DNA of 64,000 bases from Camelus dromedarius. Its lineage: Eukaryota. The position numbers and the translations under genes are program-made. Positions 1-13,529 of this stretch are shown piece after piece; the stretch's first letter is position 1, and every line of letters begins with the position of its first letter. The notes under the pieces were generated by a model that was not told the DNA's origin, did no database searches, and worked only from the letters and a program-made list of their open reading frames with translations. The stretch spans positions 107,820,001 to 107,884,000 of the forward strand of contig NC_087437.1 in assembly GCF_036321535.1 (NCBI RefSeq), given 5' to 3'.

Positions 1-789
1 CTGAGAATCAACCACTTTGTATCTGCACATACGGAGGGATCCTTGATAATAGCTCGCCTTCACTCTCCTGCCTCCTCCAACCATCTCAAGTGCCTCTATT
101 TCCCTGTATTATATCTTTCCTGACTCAAAATACACCAAGTGGCTGCTGCTTTCTCAACCAAATCTGAACTGAGAAGGTCCGGGAAGAGAGAAAGTAATAG
201 AAACTGAACATTCTTCTCTTTTATTTTTGCTAATAACTAACCTCTTTTACTCCTTTATGGTAGGAGGTCTCCAAAGTGAATCAATGTGTTGATTAAGTGA
301 GATAAACCATTGAAGGATGAGAAAAACCAATGGGAACATCTATTTATAGTTACTCTCATTTTTTATTAAATTGTGAAAACAGATGGTTGTCAATACTTAT
401 ATATAGTAATCCATTAAAACGTCTAATCCATACTCCAACATCCAATGACAAGCCCAAGAAATCAAACTTGAGTAACACTACTGAAGTTCCTCTATGTCCT
501 TCCTTAATTACATCGCCTCCTCCTCTGTTCTCTACCTCTCCCGCAAACCAGGTAGTGGTCATGCAACTAATTTTTTGTTTGTTTGGTTTATTTCTTTGCT
601 CCTCTTGCAACTTGTTTTTTATTAACCTACATAATTTTTGTGAGATTTTAGTTACAGTGATATGGGTTTCTTTAGTTCACCCCTTTTTTTTTTTTTTTTT
701 TTTACTACAGAAGAGTTTTGCATTATAAGAACGTGGTAATATACTTTCCTCTCAAGGCATATCTTGGTCCTAGTGTTTTGTGAATTTGT

Positions 790-1490
790 TCATTTGTTAG
801 TCTTGCTTTGTTTTGCTGGTACAAACTATGCCACTGTTATGAGCATTCAGCATTCATTTACGTGACTCTTGGTGAACTTGAACGTAGGTCAAAGTTTCTC
901 TAGGACATATTCCCAGGAGTGGGATTATGAATTTACACTTCACATTCTCAGCTTCCTTAGATGCTGCCAAATTGCCTTCAAAAATGTTTGCACTACGGTT
1001 ACAGCCTATCGGCTTTGTACGAGTTCCCATTCCTCTGCATCCTTGCCAAAACTTCATGTTTTTGAACTTGTTAATTTTTGCCAATCTGGTGGGTGTGAAA
1101 TGGCATCTCACTGTGGTTTTAATTGGAATTTCCCTAATTACCAAAGAGGTTGAAATCTTTTCATACAATTATGACACATTCATCAAATGTCTATTTGTGC
1201 ACAGTACCAATTATTAATTTGAGCTATTTTTCTTACTAATTTGTGGGAGTTTTTCATATATTCTCTTCAATAATTCTTTGTCAATTATGTATTTGTTGGC
1301 CTAGTATGCAGTGTCTCTGTTCACATTCTTTATATTTATCGATATACAGAAATGTACTAGCATTTCCTTTCTTGTTCCTTTTTGAAAGAAATCCCTTAAT
1401 ACTTACTGCAAAGACAAAAAGTTGTCTCTTAATAACATTAAAAGTATTTCATAACTTTGCCTTTCATGTGTAGGTCTTGAATCCACACTG
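790..1490 (-). mobile_element. Old L1 (L1M-type) ORF2 C-terminus/3' region fragment
   Basis: The minus ORF 854..1168 translates to 'TSLVIREIPIKTTVRCHFTPTRLAKI...FWQGCRGMGT', a degenerate L1 ORF2 C-terminal Cys-rich region. It is homologous to the younger copy at 53067-53420. Confidence 0.8.
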
Positions 1491-2689
1491 TAAATGTCAA
1501 AATAAACATTAGATGAAACACACACTTGAAAACTCTTCAAGTGCTAATACAAGTCAGTAAACCGCAGTGAAATTATGAATCTTGTGGTTAGATTTGCCAT
1601 GTTATTGCTTGTTTGAAATTATTAAGAGAACAAATTAAAACTAAAATGGACACTTGGGACTCATATTTTCAGTAATAATTTTATTTTAGGATAAGACCTA
1701 TCCACAAATAGGCATTTTCTTTAACATTCTCTATGGTAATTATGTTAGATTATGGTATTCTTGCTTTGGCCCATTCAAAACTGTACATTTCAAATTGTGG
1801 AATAATGGAAGCTAGTTACCCTGAGAAACTTAGTTTATGTGTCACAGCTGTAGTAGGAAAGTAAGTCAAACCTGGTAAAAATGCATAGATTTTTATATTT
1901 ATTATACAAATGTATACATACAATTTATATATGAACATATACTTATGTATATAAAATTAAACTATACATTAGTTTATTAATATAGTATGATATAAAGTAA
2001 AATTACATATTATAAAATAGTTTTAAAGCATCCATACAAAGGTAGTAGAAAAATTTAGGTTTACTTATTCTGTTTTCCTTTTATTATAATATTTGGTTCT
2101 ACATGATTCATTCAAAAAGTATCCACTTAGAGTTTACCATTTCCAGTACACTATATTTAATTTGATCTGATTTGTACTATTAATGGTATGTAAATTGATA
2201 TTTCACTTTCAGAATTATAACTCATGAAACAGTTTTGTGAAAATGTCTAGTCATTACTGTCTTAAATGATAATTTAAAATTTGATTCCAAATTTCTAGTG
2301 ACTCAAATGTTCTTATGTATTCTAATATATTTATATTGTTATATAAGTAAATGCTAAAGTAAAACAATTTAAGATCTTTTTCCTCATATAAACAAAGCCT
2401 TCTGTAAAACAGAATTGTAACAAAATACTATCATTTCAGTAGTCCACAAATAAAATTTTAAATCTCTCTACATTTCATGTTGGAATTGAAAGTTTACAAA
2501 GAACATCAAAGATTTTCAAAAAGAAAACAAATATCTAAACCCTTTAAAAGCATTATATTCTCATGATAAGAGATTTGTATTTGTTTATATAAACATGGAT
2601 TTGTTTTTAGAAATAAATGTCAAAAGGAAATCTTTTAAAATTTTGCTTGTGCAAGCTTACATAAAATTTATCACATTGTATAATTTGGA

Positions 2690-2850
2690 ATATACAAAGT
2701 TCTGAATTCTGACCCTCGTTAAATCACAATTATCTATTGGATGACCTTGAAAACTAACACAATTCCTTTCAACCAAAATTAATCTTCTCCACTACTGCAC
2801 ATCACACAGTTATGTGAAAGTCAAATGGGAAAATGCTTTGTAAACTCTAA
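2690..2850. mobile_element. Probable degenerate MIR SINE
   Basis: MIR-like segments 'tctgaattctgaccct...gatgaccttgaaaa...gttatgtgaaagtcaaatgggaaaatgctttgtaaact'. Confidence 0.45.
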
Positions 2851-4089
2851 GATTTTTATATTCTGGTAATATATGATGTGGAAATGAGGCAAAGCAATAT
2901 TAGTATTATTTAGAAGCCCCAGAAGAAACTTCTAGCAAGTTCATTAAATTTATGTTACATCTATTTTGAAATGAGATGTTCTCTATTCTCTTTAAACTGC
3001 ATACCATAAAAGTTGTGAACTCTCCCAAGAGAACTAATAGACAAGGTTATGGATTTAAGCTTAGTTAGCTAACAATTTAATCCTGTTTTCATATTGCAAA
3101 TTTTTGGCCAGGATTATACCTCATTCATTGTTTAAATATTTTCTGCAAGAATACATTTCTTTGAAATGGAACTTTGTATTCACTGTATACACCAGACCTC
3201 ATGCCTCAACTAAACTCAACTTGAAAAACAACACAGTTCACAACACCCCAGCACAAAATTTTCTCATATTACTTAAGAGGCTCTGATTGGATCCCAACAA
3301 TCAACTCATATGGTACGATATCATTTGGCATTATCTTCAAGTAGGCCATGTTATTTATTATTTGTAGTCAGGCAGCTCTGTCTTCAAGCTATGTAGGTGG
3401 TTTCAAATGGAAATGGGCCACACGCCCCAAACTTTCTCTCCTTCTTTATTGCCTCATTTTTTTCTGGCAGCTGCGGTATTCATGTGTTTCATAATACTGT
3501 CTCCTTAAGCAAAGGTTAGCAGCAGCATCAACTATAAATATAATTGAAAAGAAACCCAGAATACTCTCAAGAACAATGAAATTTTCAGTGATAGTAATTA
3601 TATCCAGTTCAAACGATAGATTTGGTACTGCCTCTTCTTTTGCTCAGATTTCTTTGGCTTCTAAGATAGCTTCAGAGTTAACCTATTAGGCATATCAGTA
3701 TGTTAAAGAATAATCATTCAAGTGACATCTGAAATATATGTACTAATTGTGATTATTTTGTATCAATATTAATTACTTCTGGATTCATAAGAAGACAGGT
3801 GAATAAAATTATGCGTGTTAATTATTTGTCTTATGTTTTCCAGTTAATTATGGAATGAATTTTCCCTGGGTGTGGTTAATGAGCATGTCATTCAGAATGA
3901 AACTCAAAGATACATAAAAAGATTTAGATGTAAATATGAAAAGAAATAATATGAAGAGGGAAATATTATACTTCAGAGCTTGAGTATTTTGTACTATGAA
4001 GTGTGTTTGTTTGAACTTTCATTGTTTTTTTGGTTTGTTTCTCTATTTATTTACTAGGATCTCACTCATGTTAAACATGTCTACTGAGG

Positions 4090-4505
4090 GATTGTTTGCA
4101 AATTGATAGCCAAGATTTCCTTCCTGAATGCATGCTTTTGGAGAGTACCTTTACACACTGGTTTTTGCTTGGCCATGTGCCTTTCCCTGTACAGTGGGAG
4201 AATAACAAATGAAAAGTGCTTGTGCATAGTGCTCACTTTTTCATTGATGGGAATCCTTCTTCCTCCATGTGAATGAGTCCAGGCAAGAATTCTGAAGGAC
4301 AAGAGAAAAGTAGGAGAAAGGATCCAGCTATCCAGCTGTTCTATCTCTCTCAACCATTCTACGTACTGACTGTAAAAATCAGCTAAGTAGGCCCAGACCA
4401 GAAACACCACCCAGCTGAATCACAGCATCAGGGATAAATATATGATCATTGCTTTTTCCACTAATCATTGGAGTATTTTTTCACAAAACCAAATCTGATT
4501 AATAT
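4090..4505 (+). mobile_element. Old MaLR (MLT1-type) solo LTR
   Basis: MLT1-like 3' half 'ggcccagaccagaaacaccacccagctgaatc...ataaata...attgctttttccactaatcattggagtatttt'. Subfamily not resolved. Confidence 0.55.
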
Positions 4506-5633
4506 GACTACCATCATGATATTTTTAATAAAAAAGAAACTGGAAAGGAAGGCAATTTATGTTGATTTTATTAATCTGATTTTTATTCTTAATTTAATAT
4601 GTGATTTCTAAAACCAAACTTTGACAAATTCTTATATTTGCACATTTATACAATATTGAGACACTAAAGTCTTACAGATAACATTTTTATAGAATGTCTT
4701 AAAAATTGCATGCATTTAAGACAATTAGCTGCATTAAACAAAATAATGGCTCAGGTATGATTCTGAATTTTAACTTTTTTTAAATTATCTTTTAAAAATA
4801 TATCCTGGTAAATTTTCTGCACTGAAATGGTTTACTGTGATTTCTGTATACTTTACTGTCAAATGGAATCTTTGTTTAGAGTTATTTATTCACCGTTTAC
4901 CTTGGTTTCTAATAATTTACCAAGAGGGAATTTACACATGAGTTTGAATGTCCTACAGGGGAGCATATTTATGAAGTGTAAGAGTTGTTGCCAAGTCTCA
5001 TGGAAATTCCAACATGCATCTCCCTGAAGGAGAGAAAGTAAGGCCAGGTGACACTTTCTGAAACATTGTTTATGGAAGTAAATATACATCCAAGCCAAGG
5101 GAAGGGTTTTAGTTCATTTCTTGCACCAAAGAAGCTAAAGTAACAGCTGGCAGAGTAGATGTAGTGGAGCTGCAAAAAATTTCTGTAAGACAACTCTGAG
5201 AATCTGTATAGAAATGGTATTTATAGAATGAATTTATGTACCTGTTTTATATCAAATTATTTTGTCAAAGTCCACCTCAGCCTCGATTTTAAAAACTCAT
5301 TTCCCAGCTATTTCTGTTCACTTCATGCTATCGGCCTCATTGTTTTCTAGAAAAAATGTAATAAACTCAAGTTTCTTCCCTCTGGTCTTCTCATCTTAAT
5401 GGTATAGCTCTGCTAAATGGTATAGTGTGGCCAAACTTTCTGATATAACCACACATTTGAGACTTAATAGTGACCATCTGATGCCCTTCAGTGACCTCTG
5501 ATGGAGGGAAAGGATCATTATTTTCCCTAATCCCCCATAATACAATTGAGACAGTACCGTGCTTTCAAATACGATTTGACAAAACAGAACGAGAATGAAG
5601 TAAAAAGGAAAAGAAGCTTATAACTATGCTTAC

Positions 5634-5733
5634 CTACTCTTCCAGCCCCTAATCCTGGGCTTCTGGCAGGTTTCCACGTAGAAGTGCCCAGCTGAGCCTG
5701 ACCAGCCGGAATCTTTTCTTTCAACTTCCTGAT
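5634..5733 (-). other. Candidate internal exon (100 nt) of an unidentified transcript
   Basis: On the minus strand, acceptor 'ttcttttttgttgaag|ATCAGG' and donor 'AGTAG|gtaagc'. The segment is more GC-rich than its flanks and does not look like a repeat. No recognised protein. Confidence 0.3.
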
Positions 5734-6904
5734 CTTCAACAAAAAAGAACATTATTCTCCTTCCAAGTTCAAGTCTCACCTCATTTTCTGCCCCAGATGT
5801 TACATAATTCATGAAGAATAATAAATCAATTCCTTTTGGGAGTCTCTCCCAACAGGAAATTGCCTGGATCCAAGGTTCAGAAAAACAATCACAGTAGTTG
5901 ATATTACATTATGCAAAGTTTACTTATATTATCTTAATTATACAGTGTGCGTCTCACCCTCAGTAAGCCCAGGGTATCCTCTAAGCAGACCCAGATGTCT
6001 CCCTTACATGATTTTCCTTCTAGCATTCGGTAAATATAAGATTAAACCTAAAGCCCCACCCACTTTCATCTGGTTTTAGCTCCCACTCTACTCTGAGTAA
6101 ATGTTGAGACCAAAGCAAACAAGCAAATAAGATACATAATACTCCTAAAAAATGTATTTTGTGGGCTTGGCATACTCTAAATAAACATTTGGTATCTTTT
6201 TTTATCAAATTCAGTTTTTCCAACAACTCTATCATACGATCAAGTTGTTCCACCTAATTTTACAAAGCATCTCCTTGGATTCCTTCCCTAATTATATTTT
6301 TACCTTCTATGTGTGTGATATAAGCAACTCTTCTCCCAGAATACAGGTAGGTCTACTCCAAAGATAAATGTTGATTCCCTAGAAAGCAGAAACTAATGTA
6401 CACCCTTCCAAATGGTGGTCTTCCAGTCACAAATGCCATCACAAGTCACTCATTATATATGAAAATTCATAATAATATTCATGTTGACAGTAGATTGTCA
6501 GAAGGCACTGTGCTATGAGTTGTTCTTCTGAGGGAATTTTGAAAGAAAAATGTGAAATTTGGATTTAGCAAAGAAAATATTAGATATTAGGGTCCTGGAG
6601 GAGAAACAAACAATGAACCCAAGAATTCAGGAGCTCTTTTGAAAGATGGCCAATTCATGTTATTAAGAATGAACTTGAACTCAGTAGAACCATGCAAGGA
6701 GATTGGACCTTAAAAGGCCCTATTAGCTGCCAGATGAGATTGATGCATAAAAAGTGATTAACTAGTTATTACCTAGAGGTTTCAGCCCCATTCTATGGAG
6801 ATATGATATTTGAGGGAAAAGACTGTGTAGAGTATTTTCATACTCAGTAATGAATTCAAAATAGACACACAGTGACACATACAGCCATACACATTTCATG
6901 CCAC

Positions 6905-7960
6905 TTAGTCATTCATTTCATTAATCATTTATTCAACATATATTTATTGAGAGACTATTTGTCCTGGGTTCTGATTTATATATAACATTTGCAACTATAA
7001 AAGCACACACACACAAAATTTCTTACTTCAGGGAACTTACATTTAAGTGAACAAGACATATCATCAACAAGCAAACCAAAAATCTAAGTGCATAGTATAT
7101 TAGATGGTGATGATTTTTATGAAGATAAATAAAACATGTGACAAGTATAGGGATTTTTAGGGCAGGGTACAGTTTTATGTCAGGGCACAGTTTTATGTCA
7201 GGGCAATGCCTTTATTAAAGTGACACTTCAGTAAGAACTTAAAATTATAAAGACCAAACATGAGGATATTTTAGAAAAGAAAATTCCAGGCAGCTTTTGC
7301 AAAGGTTTTGAGTAAAATCATGCTTAGTGAATTCAATGATCAGCCAGGAGGCCAGTATGGTGAGAGCATCATGAGTCGAGGGCAGAGAAGTAAGTAGAGA
7401 CAGATTATGAAGAATCCGTAGGCATAAGAAGGTCATGCTATTTTATTTTGAGGGGGTAGGAAGCCAATGTAAGGTTTTAAGTAAGGAAGTGATGAAATTT
7501 AACTTTGGTTTAAGAAAGATCACATAGGCTTCTATTGAGAGTAGCTTAGAAGGCGGTGATAAAGCAGAATGGCATTAGAGTAATTTATTTATTGCAATAA
7601 CTGGCACGAAATGGTGGATATGCAAGATATGGAGGTACCGGTAAGAGTTGGGAGGATTCTTGGGTTTTGGACATGCAGTATCTGCTGATTGGATGTGGGC
7701 TATAAGAGATAGAAAGATGTTATGAGTGGTTCTAACAATTTGATACTGGCATCTAGACAGATATTGCTGTTTAGTGAGAATGAAAAGACTGGGAGAATGT
7801 GTTTGGTGGGGAAAATCAAGAATTCCAATGTGGATGTTAGTAATGGGCATCATTAGTTAAATATTCAAGTGCAAATGTCAAGTAAGCCGTAGGATATATG
7901 AGTATGAAGTTCAGAGAAAAAGTCTAGACAAGAGATAGAAATCTGAGAGTTACAGGCAAA
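6905..7960 (-). mobile_element. L2 LINE 3' fragment
   Basis: Starts with the antisense L2 tail 'cattcatttcattaatcatttattcaacatatatttattgag'. Continues in purine-rich antisense L2 body ('aagatcac...ggct','aaatattcaagtgcaaatgtcaagtaagccgtaggatatatgag'). Confidence 0.8.
7169..7204 (+). repeat. Perfect 18 bp tandem duplication inside L2
   Basis: 'acagttttatgtcagggc' occurs twice, head to tail. Confidence 0.95.
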
Positions 7961-8281
7961 GATAGGCCATTCTGTTCTAGTTTAACATGAGGATTTGACC
8001 TACAGTTAACTTGCAGGCTTTGTTCCCGTGGTAATCTGATATGGGTTAAATGTCATCTTCAGGTAACATTACTTAAAACAGAAATCACCCCCTAATTTGT
8101 AAATTGCGTCTGGGCAAGGAACTATGAATATTCAATAAGGTTATACTTTTGGCAATAACTCTTGTAACAGGCATGTTTCTTGCAGGGACTCTGAAAGCTA
8201 TGCCTGTAGGGGTATTCACTCCTGTGTGAAATGAGGCTTTTGTGCCAGAGAAGTTTCCCCAGCTACCCAGTGTGGTCTCAC

Positions 8282-8350
8282 CCCCGTGAACCTGAACTAC
8301 CGTCTGAGCTGACTTCTTCTGGGTGACTCTCTGGACTGTAGCACGGACCA
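8282..8350 (-). other. Candidate internal exon (69 nt) of an unidentified transcript
   Basis: On the minus strand, acceptor 'tatttctttcag|TGGTCC' and donor 'CGGGG|gtgaga'. Locally CpG-containing. Length is divisible by 3 and two frames are open. Confidence 0.25.
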
Positions 8351-8519
8351 CTGAAAGAAATACTCCTGCAAGGAATCTTTGATGTTGAGCTGCTGCAATG
8401 TTTGATAACCTTCTAAGCAGACTAATATCAAATGTGGTTTATGATGGTGTCTTGAGTCTGAATGTGTACTTAAGCCTAAGAAGCTTAACTGACGAGCAGT
8501 GTAGAAGTGTTTGACATAT

Positions 8520-8770
8520 GGATGGTATCTAATGGCATGTGGCTAGATGAAATCTTTTAATGAGTATCAACAGAGAAAAGAAAAATTCTGAAAATTGTGC
8601 CTTGAGGTAGCCCAGAAGTCTGGTAGAAGAAAAGGAGTGAAAAGAGCATTCTGAAAAGGAGCACATAACGATAGAAATGTAACCAAACAAATATAGCTCA
8701 CTGGAAACCAAGAGAAATGGACATTTCAAGAAGGTGGGAGGAGTCATGTGTCAAATGCTGCTATGAAATA
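8520..8770 (-). mobile_element. L2 fragment (probable continuation of 6905-7960)
   Basis: Antisense L2-like 'cactggaaaccaagagaaatggacatttcaagaaggtgggaggagtcatgtgtcaaatgctgct'. Confidence 0.6.
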
Positions 8771-10979
8771 GAATGTTACCAAAAAGAACACACTGAAGAC
8801 AGTTAATTTTGGCTGGCTTCTGTTCTCATTGGCTGATATCCATGCCAAACTGAAGAGGAAAATTTAGTCTACCACTCCAGGGATTAGGGTTAGAAATGCA
8901 CAGAGGAATTAAGAGTTGGGTAAAGGCACTCTAACTTGTCTCAGAGATGTAAGGTTGACCAGATATTCAGTGGTAGAGGGCATGTGGAGATGGTAAAAGA
9001 ATGACTAGGAGAGGGGGAAGAAGGAACAGGGTTAGGGATAGCTTGGTTTGTACTTATATCACTATTTCATTCCTGCATAGGAAATGACAAAGGTAACGGA
9101 ATTGAAATTTTCCTTTGTTTTGTTATTCCTGAAGACTAAGAATTAAAATTCATGTGAAAACTAAAACATACCAAATAAGAAATAGAGAACAATAAATATT
9201 TGGTGAGTTCATTAATCTTAGGACCTATTATTCACCCTAAATATCAAAGGAGCAGGCACAATTTTGCTTTTCCAAAGTCATATGAAATTTCAGCACAATC
9301 TTCTCAGAATTAAAAAAAAAATATATGCTACATTTGGTGCATAGTCATTTCCTGTTCTTCATGTGGCACGTGGCACTTTCTTTGATGACACATGTGGGCT
9401 GGGGAATGTCTCAATGAATGCAAGAGGCAATTCCAGTTAGTTAATACACCCTGCTGCCAGTCAACACATGTTGCTTTTCGCCGTTGGCTTATGAATTCCC
9501 TTTCAGTTTATCAAAAACCTCGCCTTTATTAAATATCAGTTGTCAAGGATGCCTACATCTGTCGTTTTACTCATGAGGGAATTTCACATTACATCATAAT
9601 ACTTAGAAAGAGAATGTAGAAAGTTGATATTCACTCAATTCCTACTCTTTATTTCACTTTTTTTTTAACGTGAAGAGTAGTATTAATAAACATCAGTATG
9701 ATCAGCTTGTGCAGTCAGGCTTTGCATAAAAAGTTATGAATCCAAAATTATCTTAAATGTATAGCCATTGTTCTAAAAAAAAAAAAAAAAAACAGCAGAA
9801 ACAATTTGGTTACATGGGTGTTATCTTCACGGCCAAACCAATTCCTGACGATATACTATTTGATTCCAGTAACTCTTAACGCAACATGAACTTGTGTGGT
9901 GGAAATCAACTAAATCTTTTAGATGTATGAGAAACCCCAATAGTGATAGAAGTAACTCACTTGCAATTAGTACAATTCACAAAGGATCTAGGACAAAGTT
10001 TATATAATCAAGTAACACAGGATTTACCAGTTAATAGTGTAAAACATTTCTAGGATGTGGTATCTCTATTTCTATACCATCTGTATCAGTATCTATGTTG
10101 TCTGTATCGTCTCTATCTCTCTACCTACCCATATATAATAGAAAGCCCACTTGGTCGAGTAAGAATTTATATTTGTGATGAAATGTGCAAGGCTTCCAGC
10201 AAATAATATTTTTCATGTGATTTTGAGAATAAAATTTAAAGAGCAAACTGAAATAAAGCAGTCTGATTCTACAGGTAAGAGTAGATAACATTCTAGTGAC
10301 AATTTCTACAAAGAAATAAGCAGAGAAGTACATTTTCAATACATTTTTCCTAAATTATTTAAAATGACTTGACACATTTTTCAAAGGCTGAGCAGCAACA
10401 GGAATTGTCTGAAGGCACTAGACGCGGAGTCAGGAAACCAGGCTGCAGCACTCAAGATTTCTGGATTATTTTTTTAAACCCTGATAAAGTTTGCTTAACA
10501 TCTCTAGGCCTTCCTCATAAAGAGATGGGTTTTCACAATTATTAACTGTTTTGGATTGTGGAACCCTCTGAGACAAGAAAGAAGGACAAAGACCCTTTTA
10601 GCTTAGAAAAATCCGTGTAAGAACAAGCCCACAGTTTTAAAAGTAGTTGAGAACCCAAAAACACTGCCAGAATTCTTCCTATGCACATACATGTATTTGT
10701 ATATTTTTTTTACAAAATATGCTTTATGTTATATCTACAGTCTTGTATATCAACTTTTTCACTTAACAGATCATTGAGTATGATTTTCTAATGTTCTTAA
10801 ATGTTCTCCAAAGCTTAATTTTTAATGGATGTCATTATAAAGGACATTCAATAATTTCTTAAAATTAGATATTCATTTTTAAAAATTATCTAACATTTGC
10901 TAATTTAATGGTATACAGATGCCCTGGTTAATCTGTGTCACTTACCTATCGTAATAGACCAAATTGCTTGATAGCCCAT

Positions 10980-12870
10980 TTCATTTTATTGCTGAAAAAT
11001 AATCCATTGTATAGTTTTTCCACCAATTGTTTACCCATTAACCTACATCTTGGTCACTACCAGTTTTTGTGATGATGAATGAAGCTGATATAAAGAACCC
11101 TACTGACATGCATTTTCAAATCAATTAAGAAGCAACCTAAAAGCACAGATGCTGGAATGAATGGCAGACAATGTTTAGCTTTGTAAGGAACTATCAAATG
11201 TCTTTCACAATGGCTGTGTCAGTTTGCACTCCCATCAGTCATAAATAAGAATTTCTGTTCCTCCACATTCTTGCCAGCAAGTGGTACTGTCAGTTTTTTA
11301 GATGTTGGCTATTCCAATAGCAATGGTATACTAAGACAAATTATGTTGAAAATCGTTCTATATAGTTATTTGCCCACCGGATATCTCCTTTGGTGGAGTG
11401 ACTGTTCAGATACTTTGCCCATTTTTAATTGGGTTACTCATCTTCTTAATGTTCATTTTTATGAATCTGCTATGTATTTTGGTTAAATGTCCTTTATCAT
11501 ATATATTTTTTGCAAATATTTTCCCCAGTCTATGGTTTATCTTTTCATTTCTTAACAGTGTCTTTCTCAGAGCAGAAGTTTTCAATTTTAATAAACTTCA
11601 ACTTAACTACTTTTCTCTGATGGATTTCATCTTTGATTTGTATCTAAAATGAATTACCAAACCCAAAGGTCACATATATTTTCTCCTGTGCTTCTTCTAG
11701 GAGTTTTATAGTTTTAAATTTTACATTTAGGTTCATGATACATTTCAAGCTGTTCGAGTTTTGTGTTTGGGCTCTTTTAATCCCCACATACGGGTGTCCT
11801 ATTGTTCAAGAATCATTTGTTGAAAAGACTATTCTTTCTACGTTGAACTGCCTTTGTTCCTTTGTCAAAATTCAGTTTATTATGTTTGTGTGAATTTATT
11901 TTTGACTCTGTATTCTAGTCCATTACTATATTTGTCTATTCTTTTGCCAATTTTATGTCCTCATGGTTACTCTAGATTTATGTCTGCAATCATGTAGTTT
12001 GAGTTGTTCAATTTAGTGGTCTTCTTCAGTACTGTGTTGGTTATTCTAGATCCTTCACATTTCTATACAAAATTTAGAATCAATTTGTTGGTATCTTCAA
12101 AAATATTTTGCTAGAATTTTGATTAGAATTGCATTGGTCTATAGATCAAGTTGGGACAATATGACTTGATTTCTGAGACTTTCATCAAAGATAAATAACA
12201 AAAACAACAGAAGAGAGGCAGAAACCCTGGTTGGATTGAGTCTTCAGTACTAGAATATAGACTATCCCTCCTTTTATCAAAATCTTCTTTGATAACTTTT
12301 ATCATTGTTTTGTAGTTTACAGCAAAAGAATCTGAATGTATTTTGTTAAACTTACATCTAAGTATTATATATTCTTGATGCTAATGTAAATGGTAGATTC
12401 TTCTATTTTTATTCTAAATTTCAATTGTTTGTTGCTGCTATTTTGGAAAGGAATGGCTTTTTTTGTTTGTTTGTTTTAGTCTTTTATCCTTCAACTTGAT
12501 ATATTCTGTCCAGGATTTTTTGGTAGATTCTTTATTGTCCTAACTATAATCATCTCATTTACAAATAAATATTTCATCCTTATCTTTTAATTTTATATTT
12601 TTATATCTTTTTCTTATCTTTTGCACTAGCTATGACTTCCAGTATGATATTAAATAGGAGTAGTGGGAGACAGCATCCTTGCCATGTTCCTGACAGTAGT
12701 GGAATAAATGCAGTATCAAGTGGAGGAATATCTTTCTATTTCTACTTTACTGGGATTTTCTTTTAATGAGTGGGTATAAGATTTTGTCAAATGATTTTTC
12801 TACATCAAATTGTTGTAATCATGTAATTTTTCTTCTTTAGCCTGTTGATATGGTGAATTATGTAGGTTGT
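10980..12870 (-). mobile_element. Old L1M ORF2 3' half plus 3' region
   Basis: Long antisense L1 motifs ('catttgttgaaaagactattcttt','gattagaattgcattggtctatagatcaagttggga','cagcatccttgccatgttcctga'), collinear with the young L1 at 52570-55310. Many stops and indels. Confidence 0.9.
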
Positions 12871-12879
12871 TTTCATTTT

Positions 12880-13195
12880 TTAACAGTAGTCAAAAGAAAG
12901 CTATAGTAGGTACATTAATATCAGATATAACAGAGTTCAGAACAAGGAAGATTATTGAGCATTAAAAGAAAAAGATGTTACATAATTATAAAGGGGTCAA
13001 TTGTCCAAAAAGACATAAAATCCTAAACATGTATAAACCTAAGAAAAGAGCATCAATATACATGAGATAAAACTGATAGAAATAAAAGGCAAAACAAATC
13101 CATTATTATGGTTGGAGATTTCAACACCTCTGGATCACTAATTGATAGATCAATCAGACAAAAAATAAGTAAGAATATAGTTGACCTGAGTAACA
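12880..13195 (+). mobile_element. L1 ORF2 endonuclease-domain fragment, inverted relative to its neighbours
   Basis: Translates to 'MVGDFNTSGSLIDRSIRQKISKNIVDLSN', containing the APE-like GDFN motif. Preceded by 'aaagctatagtaggtacattaatatcagata'. Confidence 0.85.
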
Positions 13196-13355
13196 AGTTT
13201 CAGCTATTTTACTTGAATAAATACTCCTTGGATTGTTCTAAGCCTTTAGTTAAGAGTTTTAAAGAGTTGATTTTGGCAATTTTGGCAAATGTTCTCATTG
13301 CTTTTATAGAAGGGTGTATTTTTGGAGTCCCTTACTTCACCATTCTGGAAGTTCT
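13196..13355 (-). mobile_element. Probable L1M 5'-end fragment
   Basis: 'ttggcaattttggcaaatgttctcattgcttttatagaagggtgtatttttggagtcccttacttcaccatt' resembles the antisense 5' end of old L1M elements (from memory of consensus). Confidence 0.55.
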
Positions 13356-13529
13356 GCCCTATGTTGTGCTCTTTCAAATGAACTTTTATTCACATAATTC
13401 CTTATATAGGAATATTTGCATGAAGAAAATACACAGCACATGCCAATCAAAATATATTTCATTTATGAAGTGTCCCAGTATGTAGGTCTCACTTAAAAAG
13501 TAATCCCACACTCTGGATGTCAAAGATGG

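Noticed and set aside
330..728. 132 aa plus-strand ORF
   Set aside because: Low-complexity, runs through a poly-T tract, and has no recognisable domain or splice context.
8085..8351. 'QRVTQKKSAQTV...ETTL' resembles the start of a TCR/Ig V segment
   Set aside because: It lacks the conserved Cys, the W-Y-x-Q motif, Y-x-C and a recombination signal sequence, so the resemblance is superficial.
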